The notes: generated from the letters alone by a model not told the origin. 64,000 nt of DNA from Octopus vulgaris (GCA_951406725.2 OX597826.1:4836001-4900000), one strand, 5' to 3'; shown: positions 41,080 through 55,242, counted from the stretch's first letter. Made by a program: numbers and translations.

Positions 41080-42050
41080 TGAAGCAGGAACGGTCTACAG
41101 TCGCTGTATCAATGGCGGTAATCAAAAGTAGATTGTCGCATCAAAAGTGCTTGTTAACGATGCTTTGTTGGTCTATACATATCTTAAAATACAAACCTGT
41201 ATCTTGCATATATGCGTGTGAGTCACCTACTTTGATGCTAGTATAGCAAAGCCGTCTTAATTTGTCGTTTACGCTAACTACATATGGAGACGTGCAGCTT
41301 CCTACGGTTCAGATGAAAGTCAAGTCTGCACACTGGTGCATATCCTACAGATGGCTTCAATTGTTCCATTATAATCTACCATCTAAGCGTCGTGCATTTC
41401 TTGAGTTTGCATCTGACCAGACTGGATTCCTTTTCACTTTTATTTAATAAACGCCGCGTTTCATTGGTAAGAGAATCCAACTTTGAGTAAAATATCCACT
41501 GCAGATTCAATTTGCTCTGTCTGAAACTATGCATGCTCTTAGACAGCTGCTTCCGCAGACATTATTCAACGATTTGCTAGTGTCCTTATCGTTTGTCCGG
41601 CACGTCTATGCACAACTTTTGTTTTTGAAGAATCTACAGTTTTAGCGTAAGGAAAGCCCAAGATTGGGTACCCGATGCCTAGTTTTTAGTCAACTGCTCA
41701 TATTCCATATTATTGGGCAATATGGCCGGTTGTATGCCAGCCATTATCTGCTAGAGAGGGTTGTTGTGAGCATGAGTTATGACTGTTCTTGAGAAGTTCC
41801 AGACATCGGAAAGGTGCAGTGTCCCTCCAGATCTGCAACTGTGGACAACTTCCGAAAATATCTCATCTAGCAGTACTACTAAGTATACTCTGGTTCTTGA
41901 GAAATTCTACAAGCACGGATGTATCTTTAGCACGGCTTAACAGTGAAGCACGAAGGGTGATAAAACTTTTCTGCATCCGGGAGTATCTGATCCCGAGTGT
42001 TGCTAATCAGCGAATATGTTGAGTAGCTTTTCTCACGTGTAGGACGGGTA
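41080..42050 (-). pseudogene. Possible decayed Merlin/IS1595-like transposase
   Basis: Minus strand: VEFLKNQSIL...APFRC...SCSQQPSLADNGW (zinc-ribbon-like) and later YFKICRPTKHR*QALL...YSDCR (cf. I.SDCW). Many stops. Confidence 0.3.
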
Positions 42051-44391
42051 TTGATTTCAGACGAGTCTGTTGTGAACATCAGTCGCTACTGTCGGAAAGA
42101 CAGTTTCCCCTCTATAACATTTAGTTCATCTGTTGATAGAATTTGGCTAAATATCTTCATGATAGTCAACTTCTATCTTGTATCTCCGCTCCCTGTAAAA
42201 GAATTACACATACCGATGTATTGGAGTCGAACTTCTCATTGCCATACATTTGTTGTTCTTCTTTATCGATTTGTACATTTAAGGTAATATTCTTATAAGT
42301 TGCATTACCGATCGAGATGAATTTTTCCACATCATTTTTTTTTTTTGCTTAATGTAGTCGGTCCTCCGTTGGTCTCGACGTTGAGCAGAGCATTTATGTA
42401 TTTATCTATTCGTTTAATTGAATACATATTCGTGAGATAAATGTGCAAATAGTTGAGTACTCAATAAGTGTAGTTTAATGTAATATCCGGGCCAAATCAG
42501 TTTGTCACAATATCACGTCTTGATCTTTGAACTACATTTACAATGCAAAGAAAAAGACAGAGACAACGGGGAACCGAGCCAGGTAATGTTATTCAGCCCC
42601 AAAATAATGAATGGAAAAACTGACTTTAGCAGAAGTTGAACTCAGAGCACAAAGAATCAGGAGGATTATGGCAGGAATTTCTCTCCGATGGTCTAAATAT
42701 TCTGCCAGATCGCTGCCTATGCAGCAATGTGTATAGTTAAATCCTTCGCTACTACACAGGGCAGACATTCGTGAGAAAGTATGTCTCCCTGTGTGGAAAC
42801 ACATGACACCATTAATATGTTGCTGATGTCTAAATTCCGGATAACTTTCGCTAAAGTACACTGCAAGATTGCTTTCTATGTGATGTATTGCTTAAAGAAT
42901 CTAGGGTGGAAAAGATTGGAGAGAATGATGAATATAATTTAGAAAGTATTTAGGACTGTTGTTTTGAGAGCATAATTTGCAGATTGTGATGGCAATCGCT
43001 TGGATTGGACTATACGTGAAGATAATAGAGTCATAGAGAGCATCACTTGGTAAATGTTGATATCTGCCAAGCTGCTTTGCTTCTAGAACCATACAAAAAC
43101 AAAATAACATAATCGATATCTTCTCTAGAATCGTTTAATAAAATGTGATGAAAAATATTCAGTCTGACATTTGTAAATGGCATGAGGTCAATGAGATAAT
43201 TCTTCAGTTGTGTTATTAATGCGGCTGTTGTTTAACTACAGACCACTCGTGATTGATCAAACTGGTGATCTTGGATGTCCCAGGCACGACTATTCTATTT
43301 TTACTGTAAGACTACATTATCGCATGGTTCAGTGGTTAGTGAGTCTTAGATAAGCTATGTTGTGATCCGAGAAGGATGCTGCAGTTATTTCTAGCGGGTT
43401 AAAGTCGAGAAAATTTTCCATAGGCTTACAGGCGTTTTCGCTTTTCTCATTTTGTAGTTTGCTGTTGTTGTTGTTATTGTTTTAATCCCCATTCCAACCC
43501 ACATGAGCAGAAATAACATGAAGTACTTTGCAGACTTGACTACGTCATTCTAATTTTCATCAATAATCGGGAAGTCCATCTGGTGCATCATTGTGCCTTT
43601 TCATTTAAAGTGTGATAGGGTGCAACTGAGAGAAATATGAGTGCTATTTCTTGCTGGTCATACTTTATTGTCTACACAGAGTATTCCCACTTCCATCTTT
43701 GGTATGGTGGTTGCATTCTTGGTGTCGTTTGGTACTTCTCCATCTCTTTTGACTTTTTGTTGAACTGGAAATTTAAAAAAAATACCAATTACTGGGGCAC
43801 TTCACATAGAAAATTAATCAAAAGTATGTTTTAAAATTAAAAATTGGAAAAAAATATGACTGACATAAAAAATTATAGCCTACTTTGTTTTATTAGTCAT
43901 AACATCTGTTTAACAAAATCATGAATAACAGGTTTTTCGAGACGCTTAAGCGGTAATATGGAATGTCTAAAGCCGAAAATTATGGTTTTTAAAAATCCAT
44001 GGCGCACCTATGTACCTTGTATGACACACCATTTGAGGAACACTAGTGAAGTTTATTAGTGAAACCTGGCGCGGCTACAACTTGACTCTGAACTCTATCA
44101 GCATCGCCTTATGATTAAGACATTGGTAATTTCAAGGAAGACTAAAGCAACAGGAATTTATTACAGCCATTTTATTTGAATTTTTGCTGAAAAAAAAAAT
44201 ATTGATTTTTGTTTTGCATAATATATTTTTAATTTTGTAATTCTTCTTATTTTTATAAATTGAAAAAAATACAAACAAAAAAAAACAAATTATTTGTTCC
44301 TTAAAAAAACAATTAAAAATTGATAACTCCACCCCCAAGGACATGGCGCCTGTTGCTAGCGTGGCAAATAAATAAATACACAATAATGATG

Positions 44392-44428
<37 letters not shown>

Positions 44429-44682
44429 TGATGATGACGATGATTTAATTTACAGCTACATCGGTAAGGGTAGTGTTAAAGATAGTAGCGAATGTATTGA
44501 AGATTGAAGTAGTTGTAGCAGTAGTAGTAGTAGTGGTGGTGGTGGTGGTGATGGTGGCGGTGGTGGTGGTGGTATGTGGTAGTGGTGTAATAAGTGATGT
44601 TGCTAATAGTGTTGCAGCAGAATTAAGGCAGAGATGCTGGTTGATTATTCTTTACATTATTCTCATAATAATAATAATAATG

Positions 44683-44725
<43 letters not shown>

Positions 44726-45654
44726 TAATAATAATAATAATAACCGTCATCATCATTATAATCATCATCCATAAATAGTAATCCCCACAAATACATCACA
44801 GAATTTTTTCTTTCTGTTTTCATTTTCGTTTCTCTCTCTCTCTCTCTCGCTTTCTCTCTTTTATACAAGATTTTTCACCAAGTACGTTTGATCTGTTTGT
44901 GCATAGGATGTTGGGGCTGGACAGGTCAGACATAATTCACCACCACAAACACAACCACCACCACCATCATCAACATCATCTAGACAATCACCACTGCCAA
45001 CACCAACTTATTAACTCCACATGCCTTCACCACTTCCGCTCTATCAAAGTAGAAGTACAGGGAGAGAGAGAGAGAGGGGGGTAGGAGGAGGTAAAGAAAA
45101 GCATGCAGGTAGTAAATGTATGACTCACGGAGATTTGGCTGGTGTGGATTGACTAAGCGATATAAAGGCCTTCATTTTCACGTTCTTTCATATTTTTTTT
45201 CTATATTTTCCTTTTATTTTTCGGCTCCTTGCTTTTGTTATTTTTGCTTCTATTTTTCTTTTGACTACTTTCTCGATACCAAACGTTAGCGAAGAATTTA
45301 GGCTAATGTCGAAGTGAAGCGGCCCTATTTCTTTCAAGTAAGGTGATATTAGCTAAAGCTGGCTAAATAAATAAAGAAATAAAGAAATACATAAAAATAT
45401 GGAATAAAGAATGATTTGATGACATAAATAGCTCTGCTAATATTCTGGCACATTCTTTTGCATTCATAAATCGCTGTATGATTCTTTAAATACGGGGATC
45501 AGAATACGCATGGGATTTATAAAGCAGTTATCTGGCTGTCTGTCTCTCTTTCTTACTAACGCCCTCGTCCATCATAACACATCTTCACTTACAATATGTG
45601 TGTACATATGGTTGGGTGTCATATATATAATATATGTGTCCGCAGTGTATGTGC

Positions 45655-45696
<42 letters not shown>

Positions 45697-45702
<6 letters not shown>

Positions 45703-45897
45703 TCACCATGATAGATCGCTAGCCACTACACATTCTTTATTTTCATTCCTTGTTTCTTTTTGTGTTCCTTTCTGTAGAAGAGAATAGGCTCGAAACGTTA
45801 AAGACTTTTACACTTCCCGAGCGTTATACTAATACATTTGTTTGTAGTCTACACCACCTGTCTTCGTCTTTTGTTGTTTTTTGGGGGAATTCTCCCA
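45697..45897 (+). mobile_element. Short hammerhead-like element, U6 sub-family, ~200 bp, (TA)n on both sides
   Basis: CTTT CTGTAGA A GAG aatagg CTC GAAA CG TT AAAG at 45768-45803 (helix I CTTT/AAAG, ACGT palindrome); 3' part matches 10441-10535. Confidence 0.8.
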
Positions 45898-45908
45898 TAT
45901 ATATATAC

Positions 45909-45942
<34 letters not shown>

Positions 45943-46198
45943 TAACAAATATGATGTTGTAGGTACAACATGTTCCGTAACTTCTTGGTAATCTTAGGTA
46001 AAATTATACTAATGCGTCGTTCTGTTCTAATCTAATTAAATTCTATGTCTCTGTGCAGCTGAAGATTGCTCTACATTTTAAATTGATGTAATGAATTGAT
46101 TGTATTGTTCAATGAAATGGTGTTGCATGAAACGATCGTACTGCATTACCTCTGGTTATCATTGTTGCTTATTTTGATATATATATATATATATATAT

Positions 46199-46370
46199 TC
46201 CTCCCTCTTCTCCGTTTAATCTTTTCGTTCTCTCTCAAATTCTTTCCCCTCTCAATCGTTTCTGTCGCAGAGCATAGGCTCGAAACGTCAAAGACTTTTC
46301 TATTGTATCCGACCGTTAAACTAATACGCCTTCTTCTTGTTCTTTCACTTGTCTTCGTCTTATGTAACTT
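46199..46370 (+). mobile_element. Short hammerhead-like element, U6 sub-family
   Basis: ttt CTGTCGC A GAGC ATAG GCTC GAAA CG TC aaag at 46259-46293, followed by GACTTTT...CTAATAC...TGTCTTCGTCTT; starts right after (TA)n. Confidence 0.7.
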
Positions 46371-46520
46371 ATAGACGAAACAGCTGTAAGTTTATGAATT
46401 TCGTAACATATCCATCGTTTTTCTTTTCTCGTCTATTTGTCTTATTACCGTTCTACACTCATCTAATATTTGTTCTAATATACGCATGTTGAGTTCTGCA
46501 CCAGTTTATTCGTGTCGCAT

Positions 46521-46581
<61 letters not shown>

Positions 46582-46599
46582 CGTGTTCGATTTTCTTCT

Positions 46600-46950
46600 A
46601 AACCACACGTATCTAGGTTCAGTACCATTACGTAGCAACTTGGGCAAGAGTCTTTTATTACTCAACCTCGGGCCTACCAAACATTTTTGAGTGGATTTGG
46701 TTGACGGAAACTGAAAGAAGCCAGTCGTATAAGTGAGTGTGTGTATGTGTTCCGCTTTTCCCCCAGCACCGCTTGGTAACCGGTGTATATGTGTTTACGT
46801 CTCTGTAACCAAGTAGTAAAGCAAAAAGAGACCGATAAATTAAGTACTAGGTTCAGAAATTAAGTCCTGAGATTGAGTTGTTGATCAAATAAAATCCATG
46901 CTAGGCGGTGATCCAGCATGGCCGCAATTAAATGACCGAAGCAGGTAAAA
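46600..46950 (+). mobile_element. SINE family A, diverged
   Basis: AGGTTCAGTACCA, TTGGGCAAG, GGAAACTGAAAGAAGCC, CCAGCATGGCCGCA. Confidence 0.8.
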
Positions 46951-46979
46951 TATAATATATATATATATATAATTTTTCC

Positions 46980-47150
46980 ATAGGCACTATAGATACGGAA
47001 ATTTTATGTGGGGCGATGAAACAGGTGATCAACTAGATCCAGTTCACGACTGGTTCTTTTTATCGACCCTTTTTATCGACCCTGGGAAAATAAAAGGCAA
47101 CGGTATCTGAAGTTAAAAAACAAAATGTCGAAGCAAATTCCGCAACGCAA
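46980..47150 (-). mobile_element. SINE family B fragment (diverged)
   Basis: TTTTATCGACCCT (locally duplicated)...AAAGGCAA...AAATTCCGC. Confidence 0.55.
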
Positions 47151-47244
47151 AAACCATCGTTCTTAGAGTTACATAAATCATGTACGTGCGTATGAGTATG
47201 AGTCAATGTGTGTGTGCGTGCGTACGTGCGTGTGTGTGTGTAGT

Positions 47245-47298
<54 letters not shown>

Positions 47299-48413
47299 GC
47301 GATCGGAAGTATTCTGTACGTGTACGCATAAATCCATATAAATCATATGCATCCCTTTCATAGATTAGAACAAGTGAATATTAAAATATATTCGAATTTC
47401 ACATACATCATAGATGAAAAATAAAGAAAAGAGAATCGAAAGAATATAAAATAAAAAAAAAAATAAAGAACTGGTAGCAAAAACAAAGATAAAAAAAGAT
47501 ATATGGCGCCGGCAACAACTTATTTGTATGCAATATGTACACATATTCTCACACACAAACCGATGGATGTTCGTATATGACGAACATTTATAGACAAATA
47601 GAAAATCATATTTTTCGCGAGAAATTAATATCTGTACCATGCACACAAACAACCACACACCCGATCACACAAAAACACGCAAGAAATGTATGTATGTATG
47701 TATGTATGTATGTATGTATGTATGTATGTACATATGTACGTATGTATGTATGTATGTATGCATGTATGCATGTATGTATGTATGTATGTATGTATGTATG
47801 CATGTATGTATGTATGTATGTATGTATGTGTGTATATGTAATCAATTTAGGAAGCCGTGTGTTTGCAGTAGCGTATTCCGATATGTCTAATAATCTGTGG
47901 CATATAATCACAAACTGAGCATTTAACGATGAGTTAGAATATGCCGAGGTACGCCATTACTCTGCATGATTAATGTGGAACATTCTGAAAGGAATGAGAA
48001 GATTCACAAGAATAAATAAACGAAATAAATAAGGAAATGGAAAAAAAAAAAGAAACGGAAAGGAGATGTTAATATTTTCTATTTGTATATACAGAAATAT
48101 TCATTATTTTACATACAACATGCACTGTGGGTTCTCTATTTGTCAAATTTTGACTGGTGATGACAGCGATTTCATCATTTTACGACATAGAATTGCAATC
48201 TGCAATGGTCGTTACCGATCAATATTGATAATAGTAGGGAATATAATGCATTTTTTTCCTCGAGTTTATACTCCAGTGCATGGTTTCTCCGTGTTATTCT
48301 TATGACTACGACAACAAACGGGTTTTTCAAGTGTCAGATTATCGTTTATGCGACCGATGTTCTTTAAATATTAGTTGAGACCGTCAACTATCTCCGGACA
48401 CATCTCTTTCTCT

Positions 48414-48809
48414 TCTCTTTTACTCTTTTACTTGTTTCAGTCATTTGACTGTGGCCATGCTGGAGCACCGCCTTTAATCGAGCAACTCGACCCCGGGACT
48501 TATTATTTGTAAGCCCAGTACTTATTATATCGGGCTCTTTTGCCGAACCGCTAAGTGACGGGGACGTAAACACACCAGCATCGGTTGTCAAGCAATGCTA
48601 GACACACAAACACACACACACATACACATATATATATACATATATACGACGGGCTTCTTTCAGTTTCCGTCTACCAAATCCACTCACAAGGCTTTGGTCG
48701 GCCCGAGGCTATAGTAGAAGACACTTGCTCAAGGTACCACGCAGTGGGATTGAACCCGGAACCATGTGGTTGGTAAACAAGCTACTTACCACACAGCCAC
48801 TCCTGCGCC
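48414..48809 (-). mobile_element. SINE family A, near-consensus full length
   Basis: Complete tail-to-head reverse complement ending CACAGCCACTCCTGCGCC. Confidence 0.92.
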
Positions 48810-49102
48810 TATATATGGGTTTATTTTACCGCATCTTGTCCATCTTCAGATTCTCTGCTCACCATCTTCTAAAATATTCACTTCTCACTCTTTTCCTCTC
48901 TCTTTCTCTCTCCTCTGTATTTAGTGCACAATTTTCATCTCTCTCTCTCTCGCACACTCTCTCTCTCTCCATCCTCAAAACCCACACGCATATTATCGCA
49001 TCCACCCGTTATGCTTTATTTACACTCATCATATTTAAATAACGATATATGCATATAGCAACGGAACAAGTATTTCTTCCTTACTCCTACTACTATCAAT
49101 AT

Positions 49103-49151
<49 letters not shown>

Positions 49152-50071
49152 TCTCTTTCGTTAAACACACATGAATTGTTTACGTTCTCAAGCATTTTAT
49201 TTATTAAACCCACTGTAGCCACTTCTGGAGCTGTTTACTAGAATCAGTTTTGACAACGCACTGGTCTAAAAATCCTCCATTATTTACCTAAAAGCTGCGA
49301 ATACCTTTGTCTAAAGCAACGAAAAAATAAAAAGTAAAAAAAAGACAGAAAAGAAAAGAGCGGGAAAGAAAGGGAGGGAATCATCGGTGGGGCATCATAA
49401 AAGATAAATACAATAGTAAGGATAAAATACCACACAAAAAACAAAAAAAAACTTTATAAAAGAAATGAGCTAAAATCTGTAACAACAAAAAACAAAAAAA
49501 AAAGAGAGAGAGAATAATGAAAAATATTACACGTGCTTTTTTTCACTCAGGTCAAATAATCATCTAATATTTCTGTGTCTGTCTTCATTATTGAATGAAA
49601 TTCCTCAGAAATATCATCATCAATTCGTTTAGAGATGAAAGAAGAGGAAGAAGAAAGACTGAAGAAAGAAAAAATATTTCTCTTCCGTACATCTGTTTAT
49701 TTTATCTGTTCTTTTTACGTCCTCATTTCTAACTATCCTACGCACCCCCACCCCACACATACACACACGGATACACACATACACACACACACACACATAA
49801 ACACACACGCATGCATATACACACATATGTGTATGTACATATAGGCACAGATATGAGTGTGTACATACACAAGCACACATACAGGCATATTCAAACACAC
49901 ACTCTCTCTCTCTCTCTCTCTTTCACTCTCTCCCTCTCTCAATCTCTTTCTGTCACTCTCTCTCTTGTTTTCTTCTTCATCAAAGTGTGATGTATGTATC
50001 TATGTGAATATATTGAGTGCATTGTGTTTTCGTTGAGAGTATATACACATGTCGTACATATATATGTGTGT

Positions 50072-50123
<52 letters not shown>

Positions 50124-50263
50124 ATTTTACGCAGGCCCTTAATATGTCCTGAGCAGGTTCCAATAAAAACCAGGTGTAATTATATAGGAATTTCTATTAC
50201 ATGAATAACACCCTTCATCTCACGTCGTGCAGAAGAACAGAAAAAAGAATAACAGACATGCAC

Positions 50264-50301
<38 letters not shown>

Positions 50302-50951
50302 CAATAATAATAATAATAATAATGACAAGAGCGATACTATTACTAATAATAATAATTAAGAGCTTGCTGTGGAAGCATATTGGCCACTCATTCGAATTGA
50401 TTCGTAACACCATTCCTATTGAACACACATCATACGGTACAAGGCTTGCAATCCAGAGAAGAAGAAAAAAAAGTACATATACATCAAACTGATTCCAGAC
50501 ACAGAGAGTGGATTACATGTCAAATATAAGTGTAGACTCATACCCTCACGCCTGCACAATCCCCACCTCCGGCTCTACACGTACGGATCCAGGCACACTC
50601 ACACGAGCATTCATTGTCTGTAACACAGACACATAAACGTCGATTTTTGGTGCATTTCTCTTGCATTCCACGTTAGCATTCGTAGGTTCTTCTAAGTGTT
50701 ATTATAGTTATTAACGTTATTTGACAATAATCTTTTAGTGTTCGATATTTCACTACTATGAAAATATGTAATGGCGGTGTAACGATAAAATGTGCTTAGT
50801 ACATTCTTCCAGCAGGAATGTCAACAATTCTGATTGAATTGTTCTATGAACTCTTCCTGACTTTCCTTGAGATTCCAACCTACTGCACCTCATATATGTG
50901 TGCGCGTTGCATATGAATCTATATATACGCAGGTATGTATGTATGTCTCTT

Positions 50952-50991
<40 letters not shown>

Positions 50992-51006
50992 CATACATAC
51001 TCATAC

Positions 51007-51111
<105 letters not shown>

Positions 51112-51119
51112 CATACATG

Positions 51120-51169
<50 letters not shown>

Positions 51170-51869
51170 GGGCTTAATCACGTAAATTGGTTTTTAGAAC
51201 GATAATTGGAAACTTGTGGCAGCTCATGTCAAAAGAACAAAAAATAGTGACTGCTTCCGGAAATATTCTTTACTTCTTCCCCCATCATCGGTGTTGTTTC
51301 TGTTCAAGTTTCAGCCTGATCAACTTATATACACACCTATATATACATACCTATATGCCTGTCCAAGTAACTGCAAATAGCTGCTACAAGCAACTTGTAA
51401 AATTCTCTGTGTGTGATATGTGACTCATTCCGAAACCTCTTTCTTTAGCTTTATATGTAAGCTTTCTAATAAAGTAGCTGGCCTAATATAACACATCTCA
51501 CGCTATTTCTGTCTGAATAAGAAAAACGCCATGTTGTTTTGCGAACGTGGCCGTTTTACTTACCAGAAATATATGAGCTAAATCTACATGAAGTCGTGTT
51601 CAATTGTCTCCAGAGTCGAAACGACACTTTGCACGTTGTCTAACGAATTGTGTGTATCGGAAATTCATCGATTACATCGAATCCATAACGTTCGCGGAGA
51701 CTTTATTTGCGGAGAATTTGAAGTCAGGGCATAAATAACTGGAACACAAACCGCGTAACATATTTTCGACACTCTAACCATTCTGTAAAACGACCACCTT
51801 CACGCAAGCGTTACATATAATAATGTCGTAAGAACACTCCAGGAAGAGAAAAAGACAATCTAGATAACC

Positions 51870-52068
51870 AAGGCGGGAAGAATGGCCGATCAATGGCCAA
51901 AGTGCACTTCGTCCGTCTTTATGTTCTGAGTTCAAATTCCGCCGAGGTCAAATTTCCTTTTCATCCTTTCGGGAATGATAAAATAGGTACCAGGTGTGTA
52001 CTGTGTCGATCTAACTGACCTATCGCTCCTCAGAAATTGCTGGCTTTGTGCAAAAATTTCAAACCAGC
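51870..52068 (+). mobile_element. SINE family B, diverged
   Basis: GTTCTGAGTTCAAATTCCGCCGAGGTC...CCTTTTCATCCTTTCGGG...GATAAAATAGGTACCAG. Confidence 0.8.
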
Positions 52069-52819
52069 ATAATATAAATATACGCATACATGTGTGTATA
52101 ACAATTCTTTCGCGCTGCAGAGGTTCTCAACGTTGTTGTATATGTTGCTGCTGCTGCTGATGATGATGATGATGAGTGTTGATTGATTTTCAGTAAAGTG
52201 ATAGGTTATAAATAAAGAAAATAAACATGATTAGTATTTAAATATGTATATGTTACTAATTGGTTAAAATAGTTTAATCAGTGGTATACTTTTGGTACTC
52301 TATTACTATCACTGTTAATAATTACTGATATATAATTAGCGGTCAAATGCAATTCCACGTTTTTCAAATTTTCGTTCCATTTTCATGGCTTACGTTTGTC
52401 TCCAAAGTTAACGTTTTTAGCTTTCATTACGCTAAATATTTTTCAATTGTGTCTTTGATGCCGTTCTGAAGATAAGGTTGGTGAAACGGTAACACTAGAC
52501 CCGGCATTATTACCCTAAAGATTTGATCTTTTTTTTTTTGCGAAGGGAGAGATTTGTTCCATATTTAAAGTTCTTGAAACTTGCTTCTATGTAAGTAATC
52601 AAGCTTGCTTCATTCTGTGAAAAATACCGAACATGACAGTGTCGTATCATATTTATGCTTCTTAACTGCAAAACACTCAAACATATATTGTGACAACATA
52701 TTATAGACAAGACTAAGGGAACAAGTTAATTAAAACATAATGAATTGGTCTTTTTGTTTTTGTTTTTATTGTTGTATTTGTAAATTCATCTGAATTTAAT
52801 GTAAGGATATTATATCTAA

Positions 52820-53495
52820 GCGGGGAGCTGGCAGGAACGTTAGCAAGCTGCGCGAAATGCTTAGAGGTATTTCGTCTGCCGTTACGTTGTGAGTTCAGAT
52901 TCCGCCGAGGTCGACTTTGCCTTTCATCCTTTCGGGGTCGATAAATTAAGTACCAGTTACGCACTGGGATCGATGTAATCGACTTAATACCTATGTCTGT
53001 CCTTGTTTGTCCCCTCTATGTTTAGCCCCTTGTGGGTAATAAAGAAATAAAAATAGGTTTCTCGTCTGTCTTTATGTTCTGAGTTCAAATTCCGCCGTGG
53101 CTGACTTTGCCTTTCATCCTTTCGGGGTCAATAAATTAAGTACCAGTTGCGTACTGAGGTCGATCTCATCGACTGTTCCCCTCCCCCAAAATTCCGGGCC
53201 TTGTGTCTAGATTAGGAAAGACAATTTCTACAATGAATGCGGCGAACTGGCAGAGGCGTTAGTCTTTACGTACTGAGTTCAAATTCCGCCGAGGTCGACT
53301 TTGCCTTTCACCCTTTCGGGGTCGATAAATTAAGTACCAGTTGCAAGCTGGCAGAGACGTTAGTGTTTACGTACTGAGTTCAAATTCCGCCGAGGTCGAC
53401 TTTGCCTTTCATCCTTTCGGGGTCGATAAATAAAGTACTAATTGCGTACTGGGGTCGATGTAATCGACTGCTGCCCCACCTCCAAAATTTCGTGG
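52820..53495 (+). mobile_element. Head-to-tail cluster of four SINE family B units
   Basis: GAGTTCA(A/G)ATTCCGCCG..G..GACTTTGCCTTTCA.CCTTTCGGGGTC occurs four times (about 52891, 53081, 53275, 53375). Confidence 0.9.
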
Positions 53496-54960
53496 CTAAT
53501 AGTGGAAAAGATTATAAGGATATTTGTTTAAACATATTTTTAACACCGCAAAATTCCTGTATACACAATGCTGATTGTTTTTTTTGTTGTTTTTATTTTT
53601 GGTTTTTACCATTGTCACCCCAACTCTGTTACTGTGTAACCACTTTAGTCGTAAATATAGACCTATGTAAATGGAGTGTGTAAAATAAATCATAATTATG
53701 CTTCCGTTATAGAGATTTGATAAAAATTAGAGTGAAAAACCCAGTGAACTCGTGACCCAAAGACCTAAGTAATATACTAATAGGCTTTAGAACCTCGATA
53801 AAGGAATAACTATGTAACGGTATTTTCTGGAAATCAGAATTACCTGACTTAACAATCATATGTTCATAAGTAGTCTGGCGTACTTTAATATATAAAAGGT
53901 ATATTCTAACATGGAATAAGAAACCATCGCACAGAAACAAGCTATATATATATATATATATGGATGCATGCATACACGCACATACATTCAGACGCACAGA
54001 CGTACATACATGCATACATACATAAATACATACATACTTACCCCCACACACACACACATATATATATATATAATTCACTTTTTTTGCCGTTAATATTGAA
54101 AAAACATATACTGCCTCTATCGATCGAAAGGAAAGAAATTAATCGAAAAGTTGAAAGAAGGAAAAAAAAACCGGAATATGAAAAAAACCTTTCCGAGAAA
54201 TTACTTGATAATACTTTATTAATGCAATTCTGCCTTTGGAAAGAAATGATTCTAGAAATCTACATAAGTATCGTATCTGTGACGAAAAGGTCTTGTGCAA
54301 TCAGCGGAAATGTCTTTCGTTTCATATCGTTACTGCTGACATAGACTTCTAGCAGCGACACGAATCTACCTAATTGTAATTAAGCAACGTGAGATGGCTT
54401 GGCTTATCGTTTGAAGTTTAGCGACAATACTGTATCTTCATGCAACCCTACCGTTGGTTTTCGCTGGAGAAACTACACGCATCTGCTGAGATGCCCCGTG
54501 TTACGAATTGTCGCTAATAACACATTTCTGACATCATGTCCATCTCTAACACACTGCTGAACATGAAAGAAGGGCGACCGTTTTGTAGAATAATTTTTAA
54601 AAGAATCAGTCGAGAATATTCGCTGCATTTAGAAAGAAAGGGTTACAGAAATGCGTTGTCCCTAGTTTATATATTAATGAAACACCGTCAATTATATATA
54701 TATTATATATCAAATTTCTGACCTCTCACTCGTCTTTTCCCTTTTCTTTTAAAATTTTGCCGTATATGATGTCGAGGAAATATAGTATCTGATGGCAGTT
54801 GTTTAAGTAAAATCTTTACTATCTTTGCTATCGACGGCTCTCTTTCAATATTTTCGTGTAGTATTAAATATATCTGCGCAATTCAACTGGGGATTTATAT
54901 CAAAATGACTGACATACACAATAAGTTCTTATTGAAGCTTTTCAGCTTACGATATGCAGA

Positions 54961-55007
<47 letters not shown>

Positions 55008-55071
55008 CCGAGTAAACACATAAAGAAACAAGGTGGAAAAAAGAATCAAATATATATATATATATATGAAC

Positions 55072-55120
<49 letters not shown>

Positions 55121-55242
55121 CATATACATACATATGCATATACACACACACATATATATATATACATACATATATGTATATATATATACATACATACATA
55201 TATGTATATATATATACATACATACATATATGTATATATATA

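Noticed and set aside
43980-44047. hAT-like MITE end (TGGCGCACC...TTTGAGGAACACTAG)
   Set aside because: Matching opposite terminus and 8-bp TSD not found.
52461-52494. CTGAAGA...GAAACGGTA hammerhead-like motif
   Set aside because: Helices I and II do not pair; at best a very old relic.
52890-53430. CRISPR-like array of repeated 50-bp motifs
   Set aside because: Repeats are SINE B cores with homologous, irregular spacers in eukaryotic DNA; no cas genes.
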